Source: Macrostomum hystrix (taxonomy: Eukaryota > Animalia > Platyhelminthes). From it: 64,000 bases of DNA. Below are positions 15,001-27,294 of the stretch, piece by piece; position 1 is the first letter of the stretch, and every line of letters starts with the position of its first letter. Under the pieces are notes generated by a model. The model saw only the letters and a list, made by a program, of their open reading frames with translations. It had not been told where the DNA came from and made no database searches. The stretch covers positions 4,216,001 through 4,280,000 of the forward strand of contig CATNEN010000003.1 in the NCBI GenBank assembly GCA_950097015.1. The letters are read 5' to 3'. Position numbers and translations under genes: made by a program.

Positions 15001-18000
15001 TGATTATTACATTACAGAGCCAGAAAAGCCAGCCACCATAGTTGAAGTTCTGCCTAGCCAGCTGCAAGTCATGGAGGGCGCAACTCTTGACCTGAAAGTG
15101 AAAGCTGAAGGACAGCCAAAGCCAACTGTTCGTTGGTTCAAGAACTATCGCGAGCTGTACGCGAGTCGGCGTGTTCGAATGGAAGAGCTCGGATCAGTCT
15201 ACAAACTACAACTGTCAGATGTTGGCATTGATGACAAGGGAGTGATCGAGTGTCGGATTAGCAATTTGTTGAGATGCGAAACAACTCAGTGTAAAGTTCA
15301 AGTAATCAGTAAGTATCAGTGCATTTTTATGAAACTTATGAAACTATTTCCTCAAAATATTTAAGCTGGCTCTATGAATCATAAATCTGACCAACTAATT
15401 AAGGTGAGCCTCGAATCAGCTCCAAGAACGACCGACCGGCCTACATAAAGCTAATCCGCGCGGACTCATTGGTGATACGAGCCACAGTCGCTGGAACTCC
15501 GCAGCCGAAGATTCAGTGGTTCAAAGGTGACACCGAACTGGTCTCTGTGCCTCCAGTTTCGATCGAAAACAGCGACAAGAGCTCGGTCCTGACGGTGAGA
15601 AATGTCAGTAAGCAGGACGCAGGGTTTTACAAAATTGTTCTGACCAACGCGCATGGCCAGGATTCCGCTGTCTACCAAGTGGACGTCCTTGATGCGCCTG
15701 GAGTACCAAAGACTCCTATACGTGTCTATCAACACGAGGACAAGGAGCTGACCGTCGAATGGTCTCCTAGCTCTGGGGAAGTCACTCTTTACCAAATCGA
15801 GTCCATGAAGAAGGACAGCTCGCGTTGGCTTCGAATGGGAGTATCGCCAAGGCCTCAGTTCATAGTTCGAAACTTGCAGGAAGGCGAGTCCCACAGGTTT
15901 CGCATCGCTGCTGAAAACGCCTACGGAACCAGCGACTTCTCCGAGCCCTCGGACTGGTTCTCTGTCAAGCACCCTGAGTTCCACAACACCAACTACCAGG
16001 ACCAAGTGAGCAAAGTTCGCATTTACAAGGATCAACCAAGCATTTACCATGGTTCCGTGGACACAAAGTACATTGTGTGCGAAGAGCTCGGACGCGGCGG
16101 CTTTGGCATAGTCTGCCGACTGATCGAGAAGACCAGCGGCCGCACCTGGGCCGGAAAGTTTATCCCCAAGGTGGCACAACGTCAAGAGGCTGTTCAGCGT
16201 GAAATAGACACGATGAGCGAACTGCAGCACACTAGGTTGTTGCATTTGCATGAAGCGATCTTCACAAGGGCTGACACCGTTCTTGTTCTCGAGTTGTGAG
16301 TTCTCCATTGGTCCTAAACTGAGCGGAATATAAAAGAATGATAGGACAATCTCAAAACTATTTGATTCATTCACCCTTTGCAGCATCGCTGGTGGAGACC
16401 TGTTTGACAAATACGTTGAGGCAGACTACTCCGTGAGTGAGCGGACGCTCAGTTCTACTGTGAGACAGGTCTGCGAAGGTCTGGAGTTCATGCATCGCAA
16501 GAACTATGTACACATGGATATCAAGGTGCGGAGTACATCGATTAGAATCTGGACATGATTTTAAGAGCTTATTTTTTTCCTTTATATTTTACTTTGCCGA
16601 TAATTTTAGCCCGAGAATGTGATGTTTGTATCAACAAGCAGCTCTGACTGCAAGCTGATCGACTTTGGACTCACCCAGCGTCTTGAACAAGGACGCAGCT
16701 TCACTGCCAGCTTCGGCTCACTGGAGTACCTGTCACCGGAGATGGTCAAGCGGGAACCCTGTGGCTGCGCTACGGATATGTGGGCTCTCGGCGTGCTCTG
16801 CCACATCATGCTGAGCGGCCTGGCTCCATTCGGTGGTGCCACAGTTACCCAGCGCTTCCAGGCTATTCAAAATTGCAGTTTGAACTTTGACAGTGAAATG
16901 TGGTCGCAGGTATCTGAGATGGCTAGGGACTTCATTGCGCGCCTCATTGTGGTGGCGCCGGCCCAGCGACTCACAGCTGAGCAGTGCCTCAATCACCCCT
17001 GGCTCAACATGTCACCAAGGGAAGAACGCTTTGATGTACGGCTACACCCGATCTCGCTGCGCCAGAGGATTGCCGAGAGCCGTCGCTTCCGCGAAACTGT
17101 TCTGCCAATTGGTCGACTGGCCCACTGTGGCACCTGTCAAGACGCCGCGGACGGTGACAGCAGTTTGAGCGTCAGGATGGATAAACAGCCTGAAGCACCG
17201 CGCATTCTAGATCAGCTGCGCAGCGTTACGCAGTCATTGGGCAGTTCTCTGAGCCTTAGCGTTCGCTTCAATGGTCATCCGGAACCAACTGCCGTCTGGA
17301 TGTTGAACGATTTGCCGATCGACATCGCAGACAGCTCCGTGATAGTTCACAGTGCTCCGGGGGAGACAAGTGTCTGTGTGGCGAGCGTCGGAGAGCAGCA
17401 TCAAGGCACCTGGAGTGTCCGCGTAGAAAACCAAGTCGGCCGGGCCGAAGATTCTGCGCGAGTCAGCATCAAGAGTAAGTTGGAAGCTTTATTGATTTTG
17501 GACAACGCTCTTTTGAGTTTTACTGCACATTAACGGTTTCTTAAAAACTAACAAGAGTCTATTTAATAATATTTTAACCTTACAGAGTCTACTTCCGCAG
17601 TGGCAGTGCCAGAGAAGCCGGCAGACTTGGCGCCTGTGATCCAACTGCCACCGCTCTCCCAGCTGGTGGTGCCCGGAGCTAACGCTCGCTTCCACGCCGT
17701 GGTGTCATCTGCGGCATCGCGTCCAAATGTCCGCTGGTGCCACGACGGCCGGCCATTGGAGGCGTCAGACCGTTGCCGCGTTTACGCCGAAGGTTGCGAG
17801 CACGGACTGGAGATTGTCCAGGCCACTGCGGCGGACTGTGGCGAGTATTCGTTTAGAGCCAGCTCTGTCTACGGCGAGGCTGTGGTGACCGTCACCATGG
17901 CACTCACTGGTAAATAGATGAACAAATTTTGCACTGACTTTGTCACAAACTTTAACTACAGATGCTCATACATTATTCCTAACGACAGAAACAATTAAAG

Positions 18001-19884
18001 CTTGAAAGTCAGACGGAAATCATTTTGGAAAGCAGACAAAAACCGTATAATATTCTCTACCACAATGCAGCTCCGGGCGCCAGTCCACGGTTCCGCAGCG
18101 GCCCGCTTGACGCCACCGCCATCGAAGGCCAGGCGACTCGCCTGGAGTGCTTTCTTGACCGAAATGCTGGCGCCTGGGATCGGGTGCGCTGGCTGAAGAA
18201 CCGCAACGAGGAGCTCGTCAGCACTGATCGAATCGAGATTCAGGCAGATAAGGAAACTGGACATTGCATGCTTCGGTTCAAGACCACCAAGCCGCAGGAC
18301 TGCGCTGTGTATACCTGCCGAGCGGAGGGCCCACACGGTCTGGATGATGTTGAATGTGCCTTGCGCGTTCGTGCGGTCACTTCGCAACAACAGCCGACGC
18401 CGATGCTGCCGCAGTTGGCGTTGAAGCGATTGCCACAATTTAGCGCCAAACTGAAGGACACCGCCATCGAACTGGAATCGACTTTCAGCCTGGCGTGCTC
18501 AGTGAGCGGCCAGCCACGTCCCATTGTACGCTGGTACCACGCCGGCCGACCAGTCAGCAGCGGTGGCAAGTTTGTTGTAAAGAATGTGGGCGACTTCCAG
18601 GAGCTGCTCGTGCTAAACTGCGGTGCTGCAGAGTTGGGCGAGTACACTGCCGTTGCTTTCAACATGGCCGGAGAGTCGACAAGCACCTGTCGGGTTGTTG
18701 AGGCCGGTAAGTTGTCATTCGGGTCATTTTAGCCTAATTAATTGTTCTCAGTCGGATAAGGAAGCTTATGTGAACCACCCTGGCCTCTTTTCCCGACAGA
18801 GCGGCCTCCGCCAATGGATATCCGCATCCCGAAGTTCACTAAAACTTTGTCGAGTCAAACGGTCGAGCAGGGCCAGACCGTGTGCCTGGTTGCTGAAGCG
18901 ACCGGCCAGCCATCGCCGGCCTTCAAATGGGAGAAGGACGGCCTGGAGTTGCTAGATGACGATCCATTCGTGCCGGCCAGGATACAGGCCGAGTCGCCCG
19001 AGCCTGGCCGGACTTGCCTAACAATCCACGGCGTGACTCGAGCCGACGAGGGCCTCTACCGAGTTCTGGCCTACAACGCATTTGGTCGCACCAAGCATTC
19101 GGCATTCCTCTGGGTGACCGACGACAACTTGTCAGCTGCCAAATGTTTCGTGGCCGCCAGCGCGAATGCCATGTCTGCCGACTCGACTGGGGCTCTGCAG
19201 ATGCCTGCCGCTGGTGGTGACAGCAGCGCTGAGCCGATGCGCGTCGAGCAGCCCCTGCCGCGCATACTGGAGGTTGTCGAAGGCGAGTCGCTAATGCTAG
19301 AGGCGCGCATCTTCGTGGCCGAGGGTCGTGCAATCGCTGTTTGGACGAAGGGCAGCCGGGAGATCACTTACGGACCGCGGCACCGGGTCACTCGTGCTGG
19401 CCTAGCCTACTCTCTGGCCATCGATCGGGTGATGGTCTCGGACAGCGGCTGCTACACTCTCAGCCTGCAGACGGCGGACGACACCTGCCAGACGCAGTGC
19501 AGAGTCGAAGTCAGTCCAAAGCGCAGGGGATCTCGCGCATCCGCTTTACTATCCGCAGCTGCGTCGGCCAGGTCGTCTAGATCGGCTAGCATCGACCAGC
19601 AGTCAACATTTAGCGACGCCACGACCACCGCCGGAATTGGAGACAACCTGAGACGCGAGTCCCTAGACGCGATGATCCAGAAGGAGATGGCCCGTGATCG
19701 ACGACGCGAGTCGCAGATTGCGGCAGCCAGTGCCAGCGGTGGCATGCCAAGCTTCGCTGGGGTCAGCATCTTGGACGACGCCAAGAGTGTCTCCGCTTTC
19801 GTCGACGAAGTAATGGGCTTCGCTATCACTATGGCAACGCTAGATTTGATGGAGGACGCCCAAAGCGATTCTGAAGCATCTTGA
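1..19884 (+). CDS. Giant titin/twitchin (unc-22/projectin)-family muscle protein kinase, Ig + Fn3 repeats, 5'-truncated by the window; exons <1-1384, 1511-1891, 2076-11369, 11455-14934, 15018-15308, 15404-16295, 16384-16525, 16610-17474, 17586-17909, 18071-18706, 18800-19884 (~6,257 aa in window)
   Basis: Successive ORFs encode I-set Ig domains (P.P.V.W, D.G.Y) and Fn3 domains (W.PP.DDGG.PI.GY.VEK, Y.FRV.AEN..G). All ten introns are GT..AG and join in frame when traced by hand. Kinase near the C-terminus followed by Ig domains, as in twitchin/titin. Confidence 0.93.
16069..17005 (+). other. Titin/twitchin-type (MLCK/CAMK group) Ser/Thr kinase domain split over three exons, catalytic motifs intact
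   Basis: GRGGFG glycine loop, WAGKFI lysine, REIDTM alphaC Glu, HMDIK|PEN catalytic loop (142-nt exon 16384-16525 is missing from the ORF track), KLIDFG, YLSPE, DMWALGV; followed by a twitchin-like regulatory tail (VLPIGRLAH). Confidence 0.92.
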
Positions 19885-21084
19885 ATTAAGTGACCCATTT
19901 TGACTACTGTCTTCATAAAAGTTTTTGTCTTTCATTTGGCTGCAACGGAGCCCTCGTCTCTTAAAGTACAGATTTATTCAGGCAGAACTGAAAACAACTA
20001 AATTTGCTCGCTGAGTTTTCTAGACAAAGAACACAAATAGTGTGGAGTGGCCTCCGTTGCACCATAATTATTTAACGTTTGCATATTAATCCCATGCAAA
20101 TGGGACCTATTTTTTTATGCCGGACAAAACGAATCTCAACACTTCTCCGTACATCGACTGCCAAAACTCTCGCCTTAAATAACATTTGTTTCTTCAACTT
20201 CAAAAGAGGCTTTCGAAAAAGTAATGTTGTATTTCTGAGCTGAAAATGACGCTATAGAAAGTGTAACTATTGTTAGAATAGTCTTGAAATTACTCGTTAA
20301 TAACTGGCCTTTATAGTTGAATGAACAACTGAAACTTGCGCATCACAAAGCGCAGCGCCTGCGTTGTCTTTTTTGGTCTATGACACTTTCTTTATACAAT
20401 TGTCGTTCCACTTTTTCGGCCTCCAAAACAGAACTTTACTTTGTAGAATTTGATCTGGACTTTCGAATTTAACGCATAGAATGACACGCAGTGAAATACT
20501 TAATAGCTGATTCTCTGTTACTCTCGTCAGAATAGGGATGGGGTTGTTGTTAGAGTGTACAACTAGAGCCCTATTCGAAGTTTTCAATTTTCGTTAATTA
20601 ATTTTTTCAAGCGTGCATCTTCGAAACTGATGAATTTGTCCAATTTTTTTCAATCAGAACATTTCTAAAGACTTATGTCCAACAACACGAGGTCAAAAAG
20701 CCTTCAAAGCTTAATTTGCCTTAACAAAACTGACCCAACTCGAAAATTGACTAACCGTACTAACGTCCAAAGAATGTCACATTTGCAGTGTCCAACAAAA
20801 GCTGCACTTAAAACACTTCAGCCGATTATGTCACAAAAAACTGATTAAAGTTAAGATTTCGTGCGTCGCTCTTTTCTTGTTTAACCTTAATTACTCCCGC
20901 ATGCAAATCAATTATCTCACTTAATCTCATAATTACTGTACGCACACTACCTTTAGATGTTTGTAAAACAATGGTAGATTAATACTGCTCAATCTGTGAA
21001 AATGTGACTAATATTTATAAAATGTAAACAAAAGCTACTGGAACTATTGTTTACTACAAATTTAAAATTGCTAATTCGTGACTT

Positions 21085-21262
21085 GTAGGCTAGAGCGTCG
21101 AACTCACTAATGACTTGAAGGTCGGGGTTCGATTCTCGACTTCGTTGAAATAATAATTCTCCGTTAAGCAGACACTTTATTACACCAGTTCACCGAGCTG
21201 TTTTATGGGTACCAGCTGTGGTAATTGAGGTTGAAGTCCATGGACTGAAAAGCCGAACGGAT
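21085..21262 (+). mobile_element. Degenerate copy of tRNA-derived CORE-type SINE (family A)
   Basis: tagagcgtcg..gacttgaaggtcggggttcgattc (box B) ..cagttcaccgagctg..atgggtaccagc..agtccatggactga matches the copies at 37173-37455 and 45761-46071. Confidence 0.7.
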
Positions 21263-22609
21263 TAAAAAGAGATACAAGCGTAATAGGAATCTGAAAAAAA
21301 GTCGCTAACACTGATTGAGCAGTCGCTGCATGCCTTTTGAATTCAAGTTTTTATAATTGGTAAAATTCATGGTAAAAGTTTGTTTTAAAAGACGGACAGA
21401 CGTTATCCAGTTCAGACTTTTCACATAGGACACATTTGCCAGTTTCAATTTGTAGCGATCATGATTTTCAAAGAGTTTTAAATTATAGTTTGGCCCATTC
21501 GGCACCATAGCTAGTCATTTGTTATAGGACACGTTTTTTCACAATTTTTGGCTCCATGAGAAACGTGTCTCTGACAAAGGACAGCGTGATGTGTCTAATG
21601 AGGCTGTTAGTGCATAGTTTTGAAATACTTGACTTGAAACAATTTATTAGACAGAACCTCTAGACACTCCGGCATCCACAGGTCTGCTGTGCGGAAACGT
21701 GGTCTTGCCGTGTGAACCCTCCGAGCTGGATTTAACTGATCTGTCCACAACAATAACCTTTTTTAATCGCCCCACTACCCGTAGCATTATGCGTACACAA
21801 TCCCTGATCATGTTTATGTTAAGGCTTCATTTTGTCAAGGCAAAGAACTAGTAAATAAGATTTTACTATTGTGTTTCGTTAAAGGCCTTTAGCTAATGAG
21901 TTTCCGCTATTCTGGTAGTCACAAACTAGAAGAAATAAAAACTGATATAACCAGCAATATTCTTCCCGCATTCTAAACTTGCCATAAAACACCGGCTAGT
22001 GTTTTAGATATTTTCATTTTTTATATTGTTAATTTAAGCAAAAAACTTATTATGGAAAAATGAAATAAGGAAAGTATATTGTTATACTCGGTTTTGTCCA
22101 CTAAATTATTCTTAAAAAATCAGGAAACAGCGAGTGCAGTAAAACAATTAGCTTATAGTGAAATGATTCGAGTACAAAGTTACAGTTGTATATGACACGT
22201 GTACTTAAAAAGCTGCAGCACATAATTTGGGTAAGCGTCGTAGTAAAAAAACTTTTATTCTGCACACATGCAGCGTAAGAAGTAACAAAATTTTGGCCAT
22301 TTTTGGTCAACAAAACGGTGGCATTAAAAGAAAAAAAAGTAAGTGTTTATAACTTTTCGAACAAAAGTTTCAAGGCTTTGTAAAATACTACAGAAACTAC
22401 AGAAACTACTACAGAGCTACTTCAGGTCAAACAAAAAATAGTGTAGTTAAATAAGTATACATTGGTTCTACGAATCATTCTACGCTCGTTATTGATTTTA
22501 ACAACATTGATACCCGATAAGGCAAACTATGGAAGATATAATTTCTCAATAATTTGTCAAAGTTAGTTTAATGCACTTAAAAGAATCTCTGATTTCTGAT
22601 TTGTTTGAC

Positions 22610-24580
22610 TTAACTCATGGTGCATTCGGAAGAATTTCTCTCAACCGAATCTCTCCTCGAATTTCCGGCACCTGAATTTCTACCCATGGTCCCGAAAGCT
22701 CCTACAGCAAAAATTCGAGAAGCCACATTCTCTCGAAGACGTTCGTGCCGTCTGGCGAGATTCTCATAGTCGTTTCGATCCTGAACGCGAGTTTGAATAG
22801 CCTTGACTAATTGGATGAAGCGGTCGGACTCTTGTGATTGTAAACGCCTTGTCTGAATTTTCTGACTGATAAACTGGTCGAAGTCAAGGCCTCCGTGCAG
22901 ACATTTCAAGCACCTGTAGGCGGTCACTAGTCCGTAGGCCGCTTTCTGCAGAGTCATCTCTGCGTCTACTCCCAGGTGATACTTGACCCGGGTTTCAGCA
23001 CCTCGCTGGTTCAGGCTTTCGCCATACCTCTTGCTTACATCCGGAAGCGCCACTTCTTCATAGTACTCAACCTCTCTCTGCTCAGTTTTTCTGTTCCTGT
23101 GAATTCGCCAATGACAGCCGCAGTTGTTGCAAAAGCCGCTACTATTCATAGCGGAACACTGTGCCTTGTCTTCGTTATTTTGCAGGCCGCAATTCTCATG
23201 ACAAGTCAATCGGCACTTGATACACCATGTGATGCAAGACTGGTCCTGTCGCTCAGTCTCTACTATTCTTGTGCGCAAAATCCGGACAATACGATTTCCA
23301 GAGGAGGCTTGCTCCAGAATCTGTTTGTTCGAGTCGTGCAGGCTAAACAGCTCCTCCACTTCTTTAGTTAGATCTTCCGCTCGCTTCTCGAGCTCCTCTG
23401 CGCTGGCTTGCGGCGTACCCTTTCGAAGCCTAGCACTCAGCGTGCAAAGCTCCGATGTTTGGCGACCGAACATTTCATAAGAGGTGTCCAAGCTGCTGAA
23501 GGTAAAAAGGCTGTCTAAACTACCTGACAGGTGAGTCTCAACGAATTCCTCTGGAGTTCGATGTACCACAAAGCTTTGACGCATTCTTTCCATATAGCGG
23601 TCAATTTGCTTGCCAAGCAGATTATTGTAGCCGAAGACGGTCTCACCGATTGAGAGGTTGAGCTCGGCTTCATTGCAGATCGAGCCCATGAGCAGTTCTG
23701 TCCGCTCGGCTCCCGCTTTCAACGCCTGCAGGTACTCGCATGCCTCTAGCAGGTGTTGAGTCTTTGGCATCGAGATCGACATAGGCAGTGAGGGACTAAA
23801 GTAGCTCAGGGGTGTGAGATATATTTCCATGGCTGTGTTTGCGCCCTTGGAGTCCAGCTTCCTAAAGTATTCCAAAACATCATCAGGATTACGCAGAGGC
23901 TTGTCTGGCTTCCTGAAATCTGTATGGCATTCGATTTGATAGCTATCAGTTCTCGAAGAGAGGCCTGGGATTTTGGAATTAGTCCGAGCTTTTACAGAAC
24001 GACCTGCATCTCTAATCCAGTCACACACATGAGAGTCAACCAAAGAACAGCAGTTGGATGTGGCCTGTTCGAAAAAGTTGCTCACATTCGTCCAACCCTT
24101 GCACACGATGAACGCTTTGCCTCCGTACCTGATGCCGGTCACAACGTGAGTTGCGTTCGTACTAGCTAGCTGCTTGGGGTCGCTGATGTACTCATTGACG
24201 CACTGGAGTTCATCAAATGCTCCTTTCACATCGTACTGCAATGTGATGCTTCCCTTTGTCTCAAGTAAAGTTGCATCAGAATAGTACCTTGCTGATCCTG
24301 TCATCGTTTTTTCGTAAAGTGACCACCAAAAAAGCTTGAACTGAATTTTGAATTGAAGTTGAGCATCTAGTCCTAGCTTCTCAGCTCTCTGCTGCGAGTC
24401 CCACTCACAATCCAGCGAGAAACTCACGAGTGGTGCTTGAATCTGCCGTGACGTCATCTGCCGAATGCGCTCCTCAGGCCAGAGCTTTTGCGGAATTATT
24501 TCATCTCGCCGAATATCATACAGCTGACCGAGGGCGACGGGCCGGCCGAGGCATGGGAAACACTCCGCTTTGGCTTGCAT
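22610..24580 (-). CDS. Stonustoxin/verrucotoxin (SNTX)-like MACPF/CDC pore-forming protein, paralog A (656 aa), with helical middle, Cys/His cluster and C-terminal CaaX (CTMS)
   Basis: N-terminus CLGRPVALGQLYDIRRDEIIP, GSARY and ATHVVTGIRYGG match the SNTX motifs ALGRPFTLGMLYD..R..LIP, GSAKY and ATHVVT.ILYGA. Uninterrupted ORF; no signal peptide; no thioredoxin or B30.2 domain recognisable. Confidence 0.8.
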   Translation of the reverse strand: MQAKAECFPCLGRPVALGQLYDIRRDEIIPQKLWPEERIRQMTSRQIQAPLVSFSLDCEWDSQQRAEKLGLDAQLQFKIQFKLFWWSLYEKTMTGSARYYSDATLLETKGSITLQYDVKGAFDELQCVNEYISDPKQLASTNATHVVTGIRYGGKAFIVCKGWTNVSNFFEQATSNCCSLVDSHVCDWIRDAGRSVKARTNSKIPGLSSRTDSYQIECHTDFRKPDKPLRNPDDVLEYFRKLDSKGANTAMEIYLTPLSYFSPSLPMSISMPKTQHLLEACEYLQALKAGAERTELLMGSICNEAELNLSIGETVFGYNNLLGKQIDRYMERMRQSFVVHRTPEEFVETHLSGSLDSLFTFSSLDTSYEMFGRQTSELCTLSARLRKGTPQASAEELEKRAEDLTKEVEELFSLHDSNKQILEQASSGNRIVRILRTRIVETERQDQSCITWCIKCRLTCHENCGLQNNEDKAQCSAMNSSGFCNNCGCHWRIHRNRKTEQREVEYYEEVALPDVSKRYGESLNQRGAETRVKYHLGVDAEMTLQKAAYGLVTAYRCLKCLHGGLDFDQFISQKIQTRRLQSQESDRFIQLVKAIQTRVQDRNDYENLARRHERLRENVASRIFAVGAFGTMGRNSGAGNSRRDSVERNSSECTMS

Positions 24581-25803
24581 CTTCTTCGTCGCTGGAATGG
24601 ACAGATTTTAGTTCGCATTCATTGCCACTGAACTGGCGACATTCCTGCTGATTGTTAATCCATAAATTTTACTCTGAATCGGTCTAAATACTCGTCTATC
24701 ATTTTAGTTCCTGGGCACATTTTAAACATTTGTTAAAGATGATGCAAAGACAAGTAATACTATAATATATACTATAATAGCCATTTTAAAAACTTCTAGA
24801 ACATTATATTTCAGGCGAACAAATGATATCATAAAAATCGTAGCAGTAATTCAGATCTGAAAGATAAAAAGTGGTATAACAGTGGCAAAGAATGCAAAAG
24901 TATATGCGTCCAGCACTATAACAAAATAAAAAGGATGAATTGAGGAATAGTATATAAAAATCGGTATATTGAGGAATAGTATATGAAAACTCATAAAAAT
25001 CGCGTCCAACGAACTTTAGTGTGGCACAAACAAGCGTCAGTTAGGTAAATAACATAAAAAAGTTATTCAGAAGCAATTGAGGCTAATTGTACTGTAAAGC
25101 TTTCGTAAGATAAGTCTGATCTTAGCTCCTATCTTGACAGTGCGAATTTCAGCACTTAAGTTGAAAATCACGAGCCCAGGTATTTTCCTATACACAAGTA
25201 GGGCAACTAAAAAAATATAGCATTTAAAAATTCGCTATAAAAGTAAAAATATATTATATAAGACAAAAAATCATTAAATAAAATGACACTTCAAAGCAAA
25301 TCAAAACGCGCCAAAGTTTATACCAGCAACGACTAAAGAAAAAATAGTTATGTTGGTATAACTCGTCGTCTGGTGATCGCACAGCAAACTTCCGCAGTGG
25401 AACTGCCCGGCGGCCGTCCGGCGGCCTAGCAAGCAATGAACGAGCTTTGATGTGAAAACGTCGATCGGAAAACGTAAGAGGGAAACGACGTTAATGAAAA
25501 GTCAATCAGCCTAAACCTAAACTTCAGAAAACAAATCGTCAGCAAAAAAAATTAAAAAAATTGAAAAATGGTTATCTATAGTCAGTTTGATTGATAAATT
25601 CATAGGAAATGGTTTCTATAACAACTACAACTTTTCTACCGCATCTCGCTTTAAGTAAGTTAAAAAATACCTTGTACGCGACAGAGTGCCAATTAAAAAA
25701 ACTGAAAATGTAAATAATGTGGCAAAAACAACAAAATTCTAAAAATATGTAAACTTCAGTTCATCGAAACTTATTTTTATTGAACAATAAGTTTATTCGA
25801 TCT

Positions 25804-27294
25804 TCACTGTCGTCCAGAGTCGAGCGTCTCGCTGCTCAGCTGTATTTCAGATTCCTTTTTGGCTGTCTTCGACGTATCAGATTGTTCAACTGCCACATTC
25901 GACAAAGCCTGTTGTTTGTTCAGATATCGCTCGAACATGGCTTCTTCATCGCTCCCTAAAAACTGATTAGCACTAACAAGCTTGGCTAACGTCAAGAAGA
26001 ACTGGGTCTCCTTCTTCTGATTGTTCCAAAGTTTCAGTCCAATTGCGGGGTTAAAGTCTTGAATTTCAAAAATCGCAACTGGACATGTCAGACTGTACAG
26101 AGTCCGACTTTTGCCAGTCAAGCTTCCCATAATGAACTTGGCTCTCTCAGACTGGTCGCTGATGATCTGCGCACCCATGGCTTGAAACCTCTCAGAAATC
26201 GCGACCAGAACATCTCCGGCTTCATGGACCGTGTCTGCCCACTCTTTTAAATGAGCGAACTTTGATCCGGAGTCGAATAAGGAAATCTTCTCGTTGAGGC
26301 TATTTAGTTTCTTGCCCACAGAGCTATCAGAGCGCTTTTGCAGGGTTTCAAATACGGCGTCATCCAGGGATGCCTTGAGCGATTTGAGCTCTCGCATTTC
26401 GGCCTCTAGTTTTTGAACCACGTGGCTCCAGAAGGTCGATCTCAGTTTGCCAAGAACAATGCTCAGAGTGGCGAGAGCCCCGTTTAGTTTTTCATAGCAT
26501 CCAACAGCTTTTGTCACTAAGCTAAGCGGTAGCGGCATTGGTTCCGGTGGAATTTCAGAGATCAGCATCGACAATGGAACCAGAGTGACGGTCAAAGGCG
26601 ATCGGGCTTCCGCTCCCTGAATCGACTGGATGCACTTTAGGGCGTCGACAAAGTTGGTTGGTGGGCTGGCCAAGTGAAAGTCGCCTTTGTAAGTTACCCT
26701 GATCTTCTGCATTGATTTAGTCTCATCAGAACTCACATCGAGTGAAGCTGCTCCCGAGACGCTGACCAGTGATGCAAAAGTACTGATATCAGCTTTTAGA
26801 TTTCCACTGGTTTTGCTGTTGCTCGTTGAGGCCTCCTTATTTCGCTCGAAGAAGAACAGAGCAGTTCCGCCGTATTGGATCCCAGCCACAACGTGCGTGG
26901 CATCGTGGAGACGACCTGTGTCCGTCAGCTTCAGGTCTGGAGGAAAATGGAGCTCTTCATATTTTGAGTGCACCTTTAAACGATAAATTACGCTCTCGGT
27001 TTCCTTCTTGTCTGTTGACTTCACTTGGTGACTTCCGGAGCCGTTCACCTTAAGAGCACCGCTCAGAAGAGACAGCGAGAGATTGCCTTTCAGTGCTAAG
27101 TCTGAGCTGGTGCCTTGCATGGACTCCTCTGTTAGAAAATCAGTTTCCATGCTTGTGTTTTCGGTGATGACAAGCATATCCTTTACCTGCTGCTGTGTTA
27201 TCAGCTTGATTCCTGGAATGATCTGGCTTCGCTGACTATCATACAGTGCTCCAATGCTAAACGGATTTCCCATCGCAGGAATAATCAGTGCCAT
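25804..27294 (-). CDS. SNTX-like MACPF/CDC pore-forming protein, paralog B (496 aa; possibly extended by a micro-exon at 27372-27378)
   Basis: IPAMGNPFSIGALYDSQRSQIIPG, SLLSGALKVNGSG, ATHVVAGIQYGG, YKGDFHLASPPTNFVDA and PLTVTLVPL align by eye with stonustoxin subunits (MPALGRPFTLGMLYD, SFLGGLVEVGGSA, FHGDFLLESLPTTFEDA, PMKVWLAPL). Confidence 0.85.
   Translation of the reverse strand: MALIIPAMGNPFSIGALYDSQRSQIIPGIKLITQQQVKDMLVITENTSMETDFLTEESMQGTSSDLALKGNLSLSLLSGALKVNGSGSHQVKSTDKKETESVIYRLKVHSKYEELHFPPDLKLTDTGRLHDATHVVAGIQYGGTALFFFERNKEASTSNSKTSGNLKADISTFASLVSVSGAASLDVSSDETKSMQKIRVTYKGDFHLASPPTNFVDALKCIQSIQGAEARSPLTVTLVPLSMLISEIPPEPMPLPLSLVTKAVGCYEKLNGALATLSIVLGKLRSTFWSHVVQKLEAEMRELKSLKASLDDAVFETLQKRSDSSVGKKLNSLNEKISLFDSGSKFAHLKEWADTVHEAGDVLVAISERFQAMGAQIISDQSERAKFIMGSLTGKSRTLYSLTCPVAIFEIQDFNPAIGLKLWNNQKKETQFFLTLAKLVSANQFLGSDEEAMFERYLNKQQALSNVAVEQSDTSKTAKKESEIQLSSETLDSGRQ

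Noticed and set aside
15466-16410. 314-aa antisense ORF and other minus-strand ORFs over the giant kinase gene, gag-pol and RSPH3
   Set aside because: Shadow ORFs of codon-biased coding sequence, with no recognisable motifs.
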